From assembly GCA_051294905.1 (NCBI GenBank), contig CM119371.1, forward strand, positions 19,904,001 to 19,968,000: 64,000 nucleotides of DNA. The letters are read 5' to 3'. The DNA is from Botryllus schlosseri. Lineage: Eukaryota. A model generated the notes under the pieces. The model searched no databases. It was not told the origin of the DNA and was given only the letters and a program-made list of their open reading frames with translations. This document shows positions 25,128 to 38,717 of the stretch, piece after piece. The translations under genes and the position numbers were made by a program. Numbering within the stretch: the stretch's first letter is position 1; every line of letters begins with the position of its first letter.

Positions 25128-27588
25128 ATAGTATTAACGGTGACCAACTCTTTAATTATTGGTTATAAAATCATGGAATTAGAAATTTTTCTACTGCAGT
25201 AACTTCGCTTTTAATGGTTGAAATTGAGCCAAATTTAGTATGCATCATCTCTACTGACAGCCTAACAATTTTATGGGGTGGACAGAAAATTTTGAAATTT
25301 TTATTTTTTAATGATAATTTCAAAACTTTCTACTACAAGAATCACGCTTCTACCGGTTAGAATTGAGCCAAAAATGGTGTGAAGCAGTTTTTTAACCAAC
25401 CCAACAATTTTATCAAGTAGCCAGTGAAATCTGAAGGAATTTCATTTTTTTGAACAGCCCTAGTGTGTAGCCTTTTATGAGATTACAAAAAAATCTTGCT
25501 TACTTTTGAATGCGAGGCCAGTTATTGTCCATCTTGCGAATTAAGAATTGCTTGGAATTTCCTGTCCCAGTGAAAATACCATAATGTTGAAACATGAACT
25601 CAACTTCAAAGAGAAAGGGCCACATTTCTCAGATTGTTGATACTGCAGCAGGTTGATTGATTGTCTTTCTTTGGAATGGATACGGTATGTAGTTTACATT
25701 AGCATTCTCAATTTCTCTCTGTCTGGAACTGCCTTTCTGCTTTCTTCGATAAGACATTTCTGGTCAGCGCTCAGTATGAGATGTACTGGTAAGTTCAGTA
25801 TTTTCTTGCTCCATGATTGAGGCTTTAACCTGTTTTACAATCTCGTTACAATGGGAAGCTAATAGCTTACGCAGCTCAGCCATGATGTCTTGCACTGTAG
25901 TTGAAGGAATGAGGTTTTTGTACTCCATCCTCATTGCAAACATAATGGTCGGGATATCATTCCTAAATTTCTCTTCCTGAGCTTTGTCGCTCGTTACATC
26001 GGCAGCAGGCAGCAGATCCTGGGCGATTGAACTCTGGCTTGTATTACTAGCAGAATTATGGTTAGTTGGCTGAATCACATTGGTCTGATCCGAAACGGTA
26101 TGATATCGGCTAACATGACTGGAAAATGACGATATCACGTCATACCTCTTGGAACAGTGCAGATAAGGACACTGGACGAATAATCCGCTTCCAATATGGC
26201 TTTTCAGGGGACAAAAGATATCTGATGTTGAATAAAGTTCCATACCTCAGATGACCACCGGGCATTTCAAATCTACTGCCATTTCTTTATAGTTAGACAC
26301 CAACATAGCTTCCTCCTAAATCCGAGATTTCGCCTGACACGCGACCGCAACACCTACAATCCTGCATCCTAACTCTCACGTGAATCAGTAATTTGTCACG
26401 ACCTAGTGAACACAAATTCTTGTATTGTTACGTAACTATGCCGAATTTCATTCCTGGGTGATTTGGCGCGATTCTGAGTTCTGATGCTCTGACGATAATA
26501 ATTGGGTTTTCAAATTCGGTATGACACTAGCATTCGAATAATACCAATTATTGTGAATTCTGAGCCGCTGATGATGAATTACGGTATCATCACAGGTGAG
26601 GCTTGGCCTATATGTATACCTCAGATCTCCTTTCACGTTTTATTTTTGAAGAATAAATACGCAGATTTCGTGGTTCGCAAATCTCATGGTCTGAAAATGT
26701 TCATTCAGGAGCATTGATATACAGTACCAATAATCCGTAACATAGTAATAATTGACGGGTTTACTAAAAACGATAGTAAATTATGTTACTACAGCAATTC
26801 GTATTTGGTTTACTAATTAATAGGTGTAAATTTACTAATTTTTCTAACAGTGTATCCAAGTTCTTGATTGGTAACGCAAGTAGCTTTGTAGAACCGCTGT
26901 AAAATGTAGGTGTGCACTGTGTAGCGTTATGTCACTCCGAATACTTTAGAATTCGATCAACATTTAGATTTGCGAAACTAGCGAGATAGTTCCATTTGAA
27001 TAATATCAGTTATGATATATTCTAAGGTATTTACGATGAGTTACGCTATCACAGGTGGGGCTTGACCCGTCTGTGTCTCATCCGTGCCTTAACTCCGCGC
27101 TTTATTGTCGAACTATAAATACGAAAATTCCGTGGTTTTAGTAATAGAAATGTGTAAAATCTAATCTGTCATAAACATTGATAAAAAGTTCCAATAATAA
27201 TTGATGGTTTCGCTATTTTCTCTGATTCATCCCTGACGACATGTACTGCTGCTAGCAACCATGTTTGAAAAGCAGAAAAGCATGGTGCACACTACGAATC
27301 CCATATATTAGAGCTACAAATACGTCTCGAATTGTGAATTGTGACGTAACAGTTCATAAACATGTATGGCTCTTTGGGAGCTACAATTGATAATACTGGG
27401 TCAACATGACTCTTCGCTAAGAGAGGTTCCGATCCCTGCTCTACACAATCATACTCGTTGAAACTGCCACGATAACTCCGAAATTCTGAATTGGTACTTC
27501 CTGCCAGATGCTCGTAAATAGCACAGTGTACATAATTGCAGGGGCGTAGCCAGGGGGTTGAGTTCGAAAACTACTTGAGTCTGATTAG

Positions 27589-28640
27589 TAGGGCCATTTT
27601 TATATGACCTTAAAAAATCAATTATATGACTTTATTTTATGGAAAATATGGCTTTATATGACTTTATGAGAAAATAGTGTATTTTTTCATGTAACCAACG
27701 TCACTCATGGAACTGACGAGTAAAACATACACAACATAGCAGTAATACGCATCCATTTTTATTTTAAACCCCTGTTGTAGTACAGTTTCATGTTGTGTGG
27801 TATGTTGGAGTCTTTATAGTGACAATTTGGACGTGAAATGACTTTAGTAAGGAAAATGAGCGCTCCACAGACGCTGATGTGGGCTGACACTTCTGCAGTT
27901 TTGCATACAGCGCTGGTGAAATGTCTTGCCTTTGTAGCTCCATAATTTGTTTCACATCGTTTTCGTCCACTCGCTTCTTAATGTAATTTTTGAGCTCAAG
28001 CGGATCTTTTCTGAAATCAGGGGCATTTAGATCAGCATTAGCCTCTCTGATGGTGTACGTACACGTACAACTTTCCATTTTCTGTGTCAAGTTTGAAATA
28101 TTGTTGTAGTGGAGGCATATTTCGGTGACCAATTCTTCAATTATTTATTATCGTGGTGCCCATCGTAAATACTCTTTTATTCAAATCCAAATGTATTTGT
28201 ATATAAAAAGATAGAGTTTTTTAGCCTGCCTACCCACTGACTGAACTTCAAATGACGTCTTACTTCAGTGCACAGAAGTAAAACAGATTGTGTAGCAACA
28301 CAATGCAATGTGTGACCTCATAACGCAATGTGTGACCTCATAGGTCTGTGACTGTAATCTGATGTATGCTAACCTTACAGCTTGCCTTCGTTCAATCAGA
28401 AATTGCCCTACTTTCTTAGTGCTTAATTGCTCCACCGCCTAAATTGGCACTTTTTATTTAAAGTATACAACAATATGACTTTATAACTCAAATATGACCT
28501 AACAAGGAAAATATGACTTTATGTGACTTTATAACTTTCTTAATATACCCCATAGGGACGTGGTTTTCGCGTTAAAATTGATTTCACGACTTACTGATGC
28601 ATAGAAAGAAATATGACTTCAATGACTTTAAATGGCCCTA
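27589..28640 (-). mobile_element. Non-autonomous hAT element with transposase dimerisation-domain remnant
   Basis: TIR TAGGGCCATTT/AAATGGCCCTA, perfect TSD CTGATTAG, ATGACTT subterminal repeats, and ORF remnant KLQKCQPTSASVERSFSLLK. Confidence 0.9.
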
Positions 28641-28887
28641 CTGATTAGTATTTAACACCTCCAAAACGTTGCAGCCTTGCTCATTCTTATTTCGAGTAGG
28701 CCATGGCTGGCGAACCTGTGGATGTACGGCCGCATGGACCAGTGAAATCGAAGTATAATTCTACGGCCGGTCACACATATTTATATTAGCGTGCGTTGGC
28801 GGCAATCAATTCGACTTAAAAGTGCCTCACTGTTATGTTCGTGCATTTTACGTTGGTATCGTTTGTCTGTTATTTGTGTAGCTAGAA

Positions 28888-31800
28888 AAGGGGTTCTTAG
28901 CCCTTTCTTGGCCATGGACCATTTTCCGGTTTGAAAATGTGCTGTGGCCAACCTTTTATCTTGGAGTCATAATCCTGTTCAATGCGTGGTAATCAACGGC
29001 GCTGATATGCCTATTTCTCTAAAATATGCGCACTTTTCTCTTTATTTACTGTTGATAATTTAATGTAGACCTGTCGGCCCATGAAAGCGCGCGAAGTGCG
29101 ACGAAATTTTTCAAGTCGAATATATATCCTTCAAAAAACGACCAACGAAATAATCTTGGACCCCTTCGAGCTCCCGCAATTGGCGGTTTGGGTGCAGCAG
29201 TTACTACCCTGGTAGATCATAGGCTAAAACTCCCGTGTATTTTATGATTGTCCGCCTCTCCATTCGCGTCGCGAAACACAATGATCAAATCCACGCATCA
29301 CTGTGTGATTGACATAGTTCCACTCTTGTGGGAAATATTATAATCATTCTGGGTCAGCTACAGACAACTCATTAGTGAATGGGGTACTACAGAGAAGTGG
29401 AGAACGATTTATCAGTATGCATGATGTACAATAGGGTTCTGGTTTAAATCAGGCTGATTTAAATCAGTGTGATTTAAATCAGGTTTTTTTCCTTGATTTT
29501 TGATTTTAATTTCACCATTTTGATTTTGATGATTTTTTTGATTTTTTCAAATTTTCTGACGAGATGCGTGAATGTGGTTTATTATCGGACAATCATGTGC
29601 GTTTTATATAAACCGGACGTAGTATTTCGCCACCGGTACCGTTATGGTTCAGCTATTTGACAGACAGGCGGGAAAAGAACAAAGAGCGGTAGTCAATCAA
29701 TATGTGTTTTTGCTGTGGATAGTTAGTTGTCTACGACATGATGCTGCTATTTCCGAGGCACTCGTGCGATACCGAAAAGGAAGCGCAATCCGGAGTCTCT
29801 ATCGAAAGATTCCCTAATCTCTGATGCCTAAGCGTTACAAAAATCAGTTTGCAGTTAATGCGGGCTGGAGGAGCGATGGGCCAACTAGCTACGGAATGTG
29901 AACACAAGTAAGATACCATGTCATTATGTGTGATTCATATTTATGTAGCTGCTTGAATACTGGTTATGGATTAAAATAGAAACGAATCTGTGTGTACCGT
30001 AAACAGGAATTCATACTGTAAAACACCATGTCCCTAGATTTATCAGAACACATGCATGACGTTCGGTGAAAATCTCACCCTTGACTCATCTCCTCAAGCT
30101 CGATGCTGAGCAATCAAAGGCCATAACTTTTGCCATTGGCAAACGTCTATTGGGCAATCCCGCTTGTATATGTTAACCAAAAATATGATAGCTCGTAAGA
30201 TTGCCATTTACGTTTGATTTTACTTCAGAAAAAGAGAGACAATACGGCACTTGGTATTTGCCTTGAACATGAATGCTGTGCTCAGAACAAGCAAGCTCCA
30301 ATTATATAGAATAAATATAAGCAATGATAGCGACATCAAAACATATAGAAAGAAAAGATTTAGATTAGTGGTTTCAAAACTTTTTTTGACTAATCGCATG
30401 TCTGAATTAAAAATCTTGCACTTTTGCAGCCATCTCAGGACAATACCTCTGCTGCCCTTCTCTTATCAAGCTGGATGTGGCTCAAGCTCGAGATTAAAAA
30501 GACTACTGCTCTTTGTGCGGACGATAAAGTCTAATGTTGTCAAAGATGCAGCTATAAGAGCATTAACTCATGTCGGGGACCATCATTTAGTTTCATGGAT
30601 TCTAGATCCTCGAGTTAGAGGATGTGGCTTGGACAAGGGACATTAATGGCAAAAGAGTTGTTCGATACCTGGCAAAATGATTATTTTCAAAGATGGAACC
30701 AAAATGCAATGATTAGTCTGCTGGTAAGTGGTAACCTAATCGAACAATGAATTGGATTGACTATGATTGTAAAGTTGGTGAGTATAATTGTGTACACTCC
30801 ACACACACTGAATGTCCCTTATCTTCCCTTGATTTTTAGGAATTTTCGATGCAGAATCGAGTATCTCGGTACGAAATCTAATTCATCAGCCAGCATTATT
30901 CTGGATGGATCATGCCGGTGTTCTTCAAAGCTTTCAAGACTCGCCTTTCGTCCGTTGCACATGCCGCATCTTGTGAGGGGCATCAGTCACGCAGCCGCAA
31001 CTACAAACAAGAGTCGTGATTGCCTGCCACAGGCAAATCTTGAAGTGATGCTGCGAGTGAAAGATCACTTTATGGACTATGGTACTAACAAAGCAGATAA
31101 AGAGTTCAGGAAGATCAACAGTTTGCTGGCAGAGACCAATCCATCAATCAAGATGAAGATGAAACTATATTGGATGGTCCCGAGATAAATCAACATGTTC
31201 TTCGCTACTAGAACAGATCAGTAATGATTCTAACGACCCATCATTGCCACATAGGTTGAACGGTTTCAGCTACATGGGTGATGATTCACAGCCCCACATT
31301 ATGAAAGTTTAAGCGTTATCCTTCATCACCTTGGTTGACAGTGTCGTCATTCATCGCATTTTCTTTTATTCGTGTTGTTGTTGTTATTATGAGTAAAAAA
31401 ACCAAAAAGATCAAAAAAATCATGATTTGAATTAATTATTCGATTAAAATCGATTTTAATCAGAGGCAAAATGATTTAAACCGGAACCCTAATGTACAAT
31501 GCACATTGTATGTCTTGTACCAAACCAACTGAAGTTGCGCTGTCGGAATATTCAATCTAATGATACAATCAATTCATGTGACTCTTGCATTATGTACAAT
31601 GACTTCCAGGACGGACATTTTAAACCGACTGCAAAGATTAATGCGCTCCGCTAAATCCTCAATCAATTACGATTCGTTGCGGTGGTGCATTATACCTCCA
31701 CCAGAAGTTGCGAATAATATACAATTATGACTATTTTCATCTTACAATATTTTAACTTGCTAAAGTACAGTAAATCTATACATCAATTACACTGCATTCC

Positions 31801-32183
31801 GAGTTTATTGCACACCCCTGTCAGCGGCATACGACATATGACCCTGCCGGAATACTCGGTTAGTTAATCATAACCTTCCAGTTATTACATTCTCGAAATA
31901 ATTTTAGTTGCTGTTAGCCGTATAGGTTGTCATGGCCAGTGGGAAAACCCGCTATTTCTCCCTCCCATTTTCGACTTGTACATGCTGACTCCGTACATGC
32001 CACCACGTCTCATCATAGTCGGATAAAAAGCTTTACGTAGCCTACGTATAATTAGATAATATGAATACATTTTTAGCGATTAACATGAAAAATATAACTA
32101 AACTTACATTAATTCTATAATTTTCTAAATAGCTTTGTGGCCCACCTCAAAAGCTCATGTGGCCCACCCTTTGAGAACCCCTG
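28888..32183 (+). mobile_element. hAT/Charlie-type MITE (same family as 40899-42108) carrying a nested insertion
   Basis: AGGGGTTCTTAG...TTGAGAACCCCTG termini, flanks AGCTAGAA/AGCTAGGA, and colinearity with 40899-42108 once 29432-31499 is removed. Confidence 0.85.
29432..31491 (+). mobile_element. Non-autonomous hAT element, nested
   Basis: TIR TAGGGTTC.GGTTTAAATCA/TGATTTAAACCGGAACCCTA, perfect TSD ATGTACAA, GATTT subterminal repeats, and a decayed hAT dimerisation-like segment at ~30900-31070 (KLSRLAFRPLHMP..KSRDCL..NLEVMLRV). Confidence 0.88.
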
Positions 32184-32283
32184 AGCTAGGATTAATAATT
32201 ACCGCAAATCAATATTTCCTCATGTGTCGTGCTTCGTATTTATACCCTGTGTTCTGTTGTCTATTGGTCTTTTTCGTTTAACT

Positions 32284-34233
32284 CAGTGGTTATTAACCTT
32301 TTTATCTCCCGCGCCCCCTTTCAAAAATTACTGTGCTCCAGCGCCCCCCTCGCACTCAATTACTGTAATAAAGACAATGGGTAAGAGGAAGAACCGTAAC
32401 AGCACTTCGTAAGCCCCCTAAAAACGATTGTCTTGCGCACCCATAGCGTGATAAACCAAACCTCGTGAGGGCTTCGCCCCCAAGAACCCCATCGCGTGAT
32501 TTCGATGGTCAGCAAAGATGTATGGCCTGGTTGCCCGAGGTGCCAACATTCTTATTAATGCATGAATGAATAGGTGGTAATTGCATATATATGTCGCTAT
32601 AAACTTTTTACCCTCTCATCCCACGTAATCAGATTTACAAGTAACGCTGATTGAGCTGTTGTATAGGAAAATGATGGTCACGTGATCAATAATTGAACAT
32701 ATTCAGGCGTGCCCGCTGGTACAATTAATGCGTTACATGTTGTTATTTTGTTACCTGTTGTCCGCTATATAGTCAAAAGATATTGAAACGCATAAATGCA
32801 CACGATTCCAAATTGTTTTTTCTTCACTGCTGGCAAATAATTTCATCTGGTGGATATTATTTGTCCTGTGGGGTGCAGATTGCGACGACATGACAACTCG
32901 GCACGAGCGATTTAGTCACCTATGGACAATTGGACTTATATACATCGTAGTTTACGGTCAACATAAGTGCAATCCTCTTCGGCTGAGGTTTTCTCGCTGA
33001 CGATCCTTTTCACACATTTCTCGGAGTCCCATATTGACCGGAACTTCATATGTCTTCGTGCATCGTGGCGTGGTAATGGCCGACACCGAAATGCCTTATT
33101 TCTATTTTGTATAATTATGCGTGTTCTTCCGTGGGAGAGTCGTCAAAACATTATGTGTCATTTATGTTCATTCATCGAAATAATTTAGGGCACCCTTCGA
33201 GCTCACCGATTGGGGGTTTGGGTTGCAGCAGTTTCGGTCCTTGTATAAGGTCAAAGCTCAGTCGGTCTTCTCGGGACTTTGGTATTGGAAATATTTCGCG
33301 CTTTAATCGCGCTCGAGGACCATTCGACTATAATAAACCGTATAATAATTGTGTGTGGTATATTCAGTGTCAAATCAAGGTTGGTATAATAACAATCGGG
33401 TACGGTTTCATACCCTGTACCGAATTCACATCTGCGATTGGCAATACGAGGAAATTAATGGTATTGGATTTTGGTCTTAGTGATTTGTGTAACAATAATA
33501 AGTCAACTGAGAATGGGATGCATATATCTGCTCACATTGAATTTAGACCGTACCCAGTTATTAATTTTAACATGAAGGTATTCGAGACAAAGCAACACAT
33601 ATTATATAACGTTAATGTGAGGTTGTGAACCACAAAACTAGATAGTATCATCCTTTATGATACGATGAAGAAATAGTCTGTTGATTTAATTTTGTAGCTC
33701 TCAAATACAAGTATATTTAGTTATTTATTTCGTGTACAAAGCTTCAAAACTTATTTTATGTACCAGGGGCTCTCACTCTCAAAAGTGATATACAGTGCCT
33801 TCATTTTCGATTTTCACACGCTGTGCGCTGCGGGATATAATACCTAATTCGGAACATTTTGTTGAAAATAACCCTAGCAAGCGTGTCGGCATTGTTTTAA
33901 CGGGAAATCGGAGATCTAAAAGTACGCGCAATTCGTTTTACATGAATTATAATAACCCACTACGTTTATGAAAACATATGTAGCAAACATCGTCGAGTAG
34001 CGCGACAAAAAATTTCGGGATTTAACATGTTTTGTGGAATGTTAATTTGCTCTGAATACATATTAAGGATATGTCCTACTACCACATCATCTATTGCGAA
34101 GCCATTTTTCTTCAGCGCCCCTCATATCACCCTCTGATCCCAGCGTGCCCCATATAGCCCCTGAGCGTTTCCGCCCGCTTCAAAATCACTAGCGTCCATT
34201 GGGGTGCGCTGGAGGCAAGGTTAAGAACCGCTT
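32284..34233. mobile_element. Non-autonomous hAT-type element
   Basis: CAGTGGTTATTAACCTT...AAGGTTAAGAACCGCTT termini, perfect 8 bp TSD GTTTAACT, and GCGCCCC subterminal motifs. Confidence 0.75.
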
Positions 34234-35144
34234 GTTTAACTGCACTCTGGAACGTGTCGCCTGTCTTAAGGTTATTCAGCTGATAATATACTGATTTCAT
34301 ACTGCAACCGCGTCGTATGAGTTATTTGTTCAAACAAGATCACGAACATAACACTCACCAGTCATGAACCTCACCGCACGTAACTGAGATCTGGCCTTTC
34401 AGCTAGTAACGTGTCTCGCTAGACCCGTATCAATTACTTAGTCACTGAAATGCGTTGTCAGGTGTCGTGCGCAGACCATAGTCCAAAGTAGAATGAAGTT
34501 TATGATCATAATATTTGTTATTTTATTTGCACTTATTTGGTGATATATCACTTCTTTTGTGGTAACTATGCCCATCGCCCATGTTAGAGAGCACAGCGTT
34601 GTACATATGTTAATATTTAAAACCGTAATTGAAATGGGTCCGTGGATATCAAAAACACTCCAGGATTAAGTCCTACTACGAAATTGGTGTATAATATGGT
34701 CAGAGGTGTACGAGTTTTGAGTAAACATTAAAAGGGTGTACCAAGACGACAAAGTTTGAAGAGCACCGCTATAGACGAACGGCCGAGGTCGAAGCTGGGT
34801 CCGTGAAGTTGTAATGGATTTTGTATTGCTGTTTTTGAGAATATGGTATAATCCTTGCAAAGATACTCATATATAATATTATTTCTTAAAAATAGAGGCA
34901 ATACTGTACCTAACTTTCGAATGCACTATTCATTTTTTCCAAACAAAGCAACCATCATCGCGGATTGGGATGACTCCAGCTCAAGCTTCGGGTTTTAATA
35001 TATATTTGATATGAATATATTATTAGAATGTATATTGATATCATTTTTTATTGACATGACTTGACTGTAGGGGCTGTCCGAAAATGACTTGACATCAGTA
35101 GTATAGTAGATCGGTCGTGACCGAGCAGGGGCTCTTATGGGTGC

Positions 35145-35410
35145 GGCGGTGATTCGCCTGGAAACCCGGGGTGGTGACTCGCCTTTTTAGACCCCCCTCT
35201 CGGCGGTGAGTCGCCATGTGTTCTTATGGGTGCGGCCGTGATTCGCCCTTTCAGGTATAGCTCGTGGCGGTGATTCGCCGTGAAAACTCGTGGTGGTGAT
35301 TCGCCCTTTTTTATATAGGCTGTGGTGGTGATTCGCCTGTCATGTATTCTTACGGAGTCTCTGGTGATTCGCCATGTGTTCTTATGGGTGCGGTCGTGAA
35401 TCGCCCTTTC
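35145..35410 (+). repeat. GC-rich subterminal array of GGTGA(T/G/C)TCGCC motifs (mirror at ~51615-51850)
   Basis: About ten GTGANTCGCC-type motifs at roughly 25-35 bp spacing, with TTATGGGTGCGG three times. The right arm lacks one ~26 bp unit. Confidence 0.85.
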
Positions 35411-36589
35411 GGGTATAGGCATCTCTCGCGCGGTGTTGAATATGTATTAGGTATATTGATCAAGTGATTGGTCCTTTGTTAATGTGTATACCCCAAATTA
35501 TTATATATGACCGATTCGAGTTAATCCCAACGTTTACGGTGAGTGCGACAATGATATATCGTTATTCTTTTGGACGCAGCGGTGATTCGTACTTTCGGTT
35601 ATAAACTGCGGGCGGAATGTCGTACTTTCAACAAAAAAGGCGTGAAAATAATTTGCAAAATCTAGGAATTACTCACATGGTAATATTTTGGTAATTAGTT
35701 TGCCACAGAGCCGGCGTAGACGGCGATTCGAATATCAACAATAGCCGCGTTCACAAACTAACACGTCAAATAGGTGTGAAATAGTTTGCAAAACCCCGCG
35801 ATCGCTGACAAGATAATGTCTCGGACATAACCATCTTTCGCGACTTGGTGTTACAGGCATACCGATCGCTCACGTGGTGAAAATTTAGTAAGCAGTTTGT
35901 CACAGAACTCGATTTCACTCGCAAGATTTAATAAGTAACGAATAACAGAACCGCCAGTGTCGGTAACTTGAATGGCGACAAATTGTCACTTATTTCTGCT
36001 CTAAGCCTAATCCTTTGTGAAGTGAACGCTTATTCAGAAAGGTGTGAAATAATTTTAAAATCCTACGACCGCTCACAGGGTAATGCTCCAGACATAGCGA
36101 TCGCTCATGATTTGGTGTTACAGACATACCGATCGCTCACAAGGTAATACTTCGGTAATTAGTTTGTCACAGAGCCGTCGCAGACGGCGATTCGTAAACC
36201 AACAATTTGACACTTTCTGGTGGTCGCTATATGTTTTAACACTTCGGAACGTGGTTGACTTTAGTTGTATGATAAGAATCATGCGAATATTCAAGCAATG
36301 TGTCAATTTGTCAACTTGAAATGAAACTTACTACACAGCTCAAGTTGATTCGTATCTGAATATGTTAATTCGGTACAATTCTAATTATTTTGAGAAATCT
36401 TTTTATCGCACATTCCGCGCCGCTGTTTTCACACCTATAGAATCAATACCAACTATAACTCTACAAGAATCAAGAATCACAAGTATGTGCATTATACAGT
36501 TATTGTCTTTATCAACTTGAAATCAAACTCTTAACAAAAACACGCATCTTATCACTTGTCAACTCTTATCATGAAAACCCTCGAACCCG

Positions 36590-37415
36590 TATTATTAAGA
36601 ATGTTATAGTACGGCGTCGGAATCCACTCACGAGATGTACTAAAGATATATTGAGATCACCCAAAATGAAATATTTTGACTTTGGCATAGTGTGAATAGA
36701 AATAGGTTTGACAAACATGACTACCAACTTTGATCCCGTCACATTTCAAGATTATACTTTGAAACAATCCTTGAAACTTACAACTCTATTCACGACTGAG
36801 TTTTCCGTTTGTCAAATAGAGTTTCAGTAAAGACTATCGCGATATTTTAATGTGTTACTACACACAATAGAATCAATCAATAAAATATCGCCGATTGTTG
36901 TATATATTTCTAACTTGACAACCACTTGTGCTTACCGCGATCGAGTTGTGACGCGATGAGTTAAATCGGAATATTTCAATCTATATGTCGAAACCTTGAA
37001 CAAGCTGTTTGGTTATTTTTTTGTTGCAATTGAGTTAACGGAAATAGTATTACGTCTCGACATATTAACATCTTACCATAATCCAAAGAGTCAACAAGAA
37101 AAAAAAACCTTGTCAAGTAAATCCGTTTGTAACTCACCCAATCAACTCAACAGTATCCGTATGGAAAGTAGACAAGATTACGCAAGTACATACAATCGCT
37201 ACAATTTAAAATCCATAGCAAGTTCGGTTGTAGTCATATACCGCCAACTCGTCTTTTTTGTTCAACTGGGAAAGTAATTACTACTCGGTATACTCTGTAA
37301 CATAAAGTAATTACTACTCGGTGCACACAAATATGTTGAGAATATACGACATTTGAAAGTCTGACAAACGTAGTTAAGAATTAATTTCTTACGATCAAAC
37401 GCAGGTGTTATATTG
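36590..37415 (+). pseudogene. Highly decayed Maverick protein-primed DNA polymerase B, C-terminal half (mirror ~49610-50435, minus strand)
   Basis: Ordered remnants VYISNLTTTCAYR..DRV, FGYFF..ELTEI..PKSQQEKKTLSSKSVC..LN and DKR..YD resemble pPolB IAAFTT.ARL..DRVLY, LG.LTDEL..GPKNYAYKT..GK.VCK..LN and YDKR. Many stops and frameshifts; recognised by eye only. Confidence 0.45.
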
Positions 37416-37601
37416 AAAATTATAATGATGTAAACATAAGGATTGACTCAGTGATTTGACATATGTAATAGTTGATCAAGACTTGATTATTAAATTATTC
37501 ACGGTAATTAGACCCGATGTTGTGGTAAAGGTTATTAGAAGAGCTTCTTGGAGGTACAGAACTTCAATATACAATTAAATAGTATATTCATATTGAAATG
37601 A

Positions 37602-37645
37602 ACCCGAATATTTTCGGCTGACACTCGTCAGGGGTAATCGTCAGC
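37602..37645 (-). ncRNA. Minimal type I hammerhead ribozyme motif in the Penelope pLTR
   Basis: Same sequence as 39267-39310, on the minus strand. Confidence 0.7.
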
Positions 37646-37736
37646 AACTAGTAGAGAATTGGAAAGAACATTGTATATCAACAATCGTATCACAAAATAT
37701 GACGTCACCAGCATGAAATTTCGAATGAGAGAGCGT

Positions 37737-38650
37737 TCAATGTACTATTTTTAGGTGATACACGAACTCCTTTTGTTGACAGAGTTTTGGTTGGTGTATT
37801 TTGATAAAAGTTGATTCCAAGGCACACAAATGGAATTGTGAACGGCCTCGACCTACGATTCGAAATCGGTCGTCTCGATAATTATTCGCACAAATCGGAT
37901 TATCCAACAGATGTTTGCCGATGGCAGAATTAATTGCCTTTGATCGATCAGCATCAATCTTAAGTGGATGAGTTAAGGGTGAGCTTTTCACATCGCGTGA
38001 CGCACGTGTTCTGATAAATCTGGGGACATGTTGGATTATGCGGTCCTCCAGACGTCTTGACGTTCTTCCCACGTAGCCACAATCACAGTGGCACCTATAT
38101 TCGTACACTACATTACTTTGTTGAAGTGCAGGAAGCACGTCTTTGCGTGTTGAAGGGAGCAGTTGTGTTGTTGTAAAAATCACATTGGTTTTGACTGTAT
38201 CGTAACATTTACCGACAGCAGAAATCAATTGTTTTTCAAATCGGGTGGAAATGGGGCCAATCCAAGGTAGATGGATATAAACATCTTTTATTGTTCGTGC
38301 GGTGGGCTCTGTTCGTTTTTCTGCGTTGAATTGCGTTAATTTCCTCTCCATGCCACGGCTGATGACGTGTTCAGGGTAACCGTTATCAAGTAAGATTTTT
38401 CGGATGTAGTCAAGTTCTAAACTCAGTGTGTTACCCGAACATATCATCAACGCTCTATGCACGAGTGTGCCTATGAGGTTAATTTTTCTGCGCCGAGGAC
38501 TAAATGAATTCCAGCGAAGGTATTGGCCTGTGAATGTCGGTTTCCTGAAAACAGACGTTTCAAATTTGTTGGTATTGCGCTTTTCAACTAATACGTCCAG
38601 AAATGATAATGAGTTATTGCGTTCTTTTTCTATTGTGAATTGCAAGGCCG
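37737..38650 (-). pseudogene. Penelope ORF 3' part: RT thumb, linker and GIY-YIG endonuclease (5'-truncated)
   Basis: LQFTIEKERNNSLSFLDVLV..TSVFRKPTFTGQYLRWNSF..NGYP..LPWIG..VVYEYRCHCDCGYVGRT; open for about 300 aa but lacks the RT core. Confidence 0.92.
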
Positions 38651-38717
38651 TATTAGTTGAAAAGCGCAATACCAACAAATTTGAAACGTATGTTTTCAGG
38701 AAACCGTATGTTTTCAG

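Larger units (their letters stand above)
22248..26306 (-). pseudogene. EnSpm remnant: N-terminal C2H2 zinc-finger segment plus spliced exons of the SAMD3-like accessory protein
   Basis: CPYLHCSKRYDVISSFSSHVSRYH (~26100-26175), YPFQRKTIN..WPFLF..FQHYGIFTG (~25570-25690), LELICAFFEE (~24230-24260), FYVFNLEYPSELTATLEFM*R (~22875-22940) and VHPKVMKL (~22275-22300). Stops are present. Confidence 0.75.
21847..26852 (-). mobile_element. EnSpm/CACTA (CMC) DNA transposon, internally deleted
   Basis: CACTGTTA.AAAA..TTAGTAAATTTAC.CCTA inverted termini, TA on both flanks (2 bp TSD), TTAGTAA subterminal repeats, and internal protein remnants typical of animal EnSpm. Confidence 0.85.
21426..27438. mobile_element. 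hAT-type MITE split by the EnSpm element
   Basis: CAGTGGTCGGGAACCT...AGGTTCCGATCCCTG termini with shared TGGCTCTTT subterminal motifs. Flanks CTTTACAT/CTCTACAC match at 6 of 8. Confidence 0.65.

Noticed and set aside
33107..33628. 173 aa ORF as a protein-coding gene
   Set aside because: No recognisable motifs; it lies inside a non-autonomous hAT-type element and includes MITE-like sequence.
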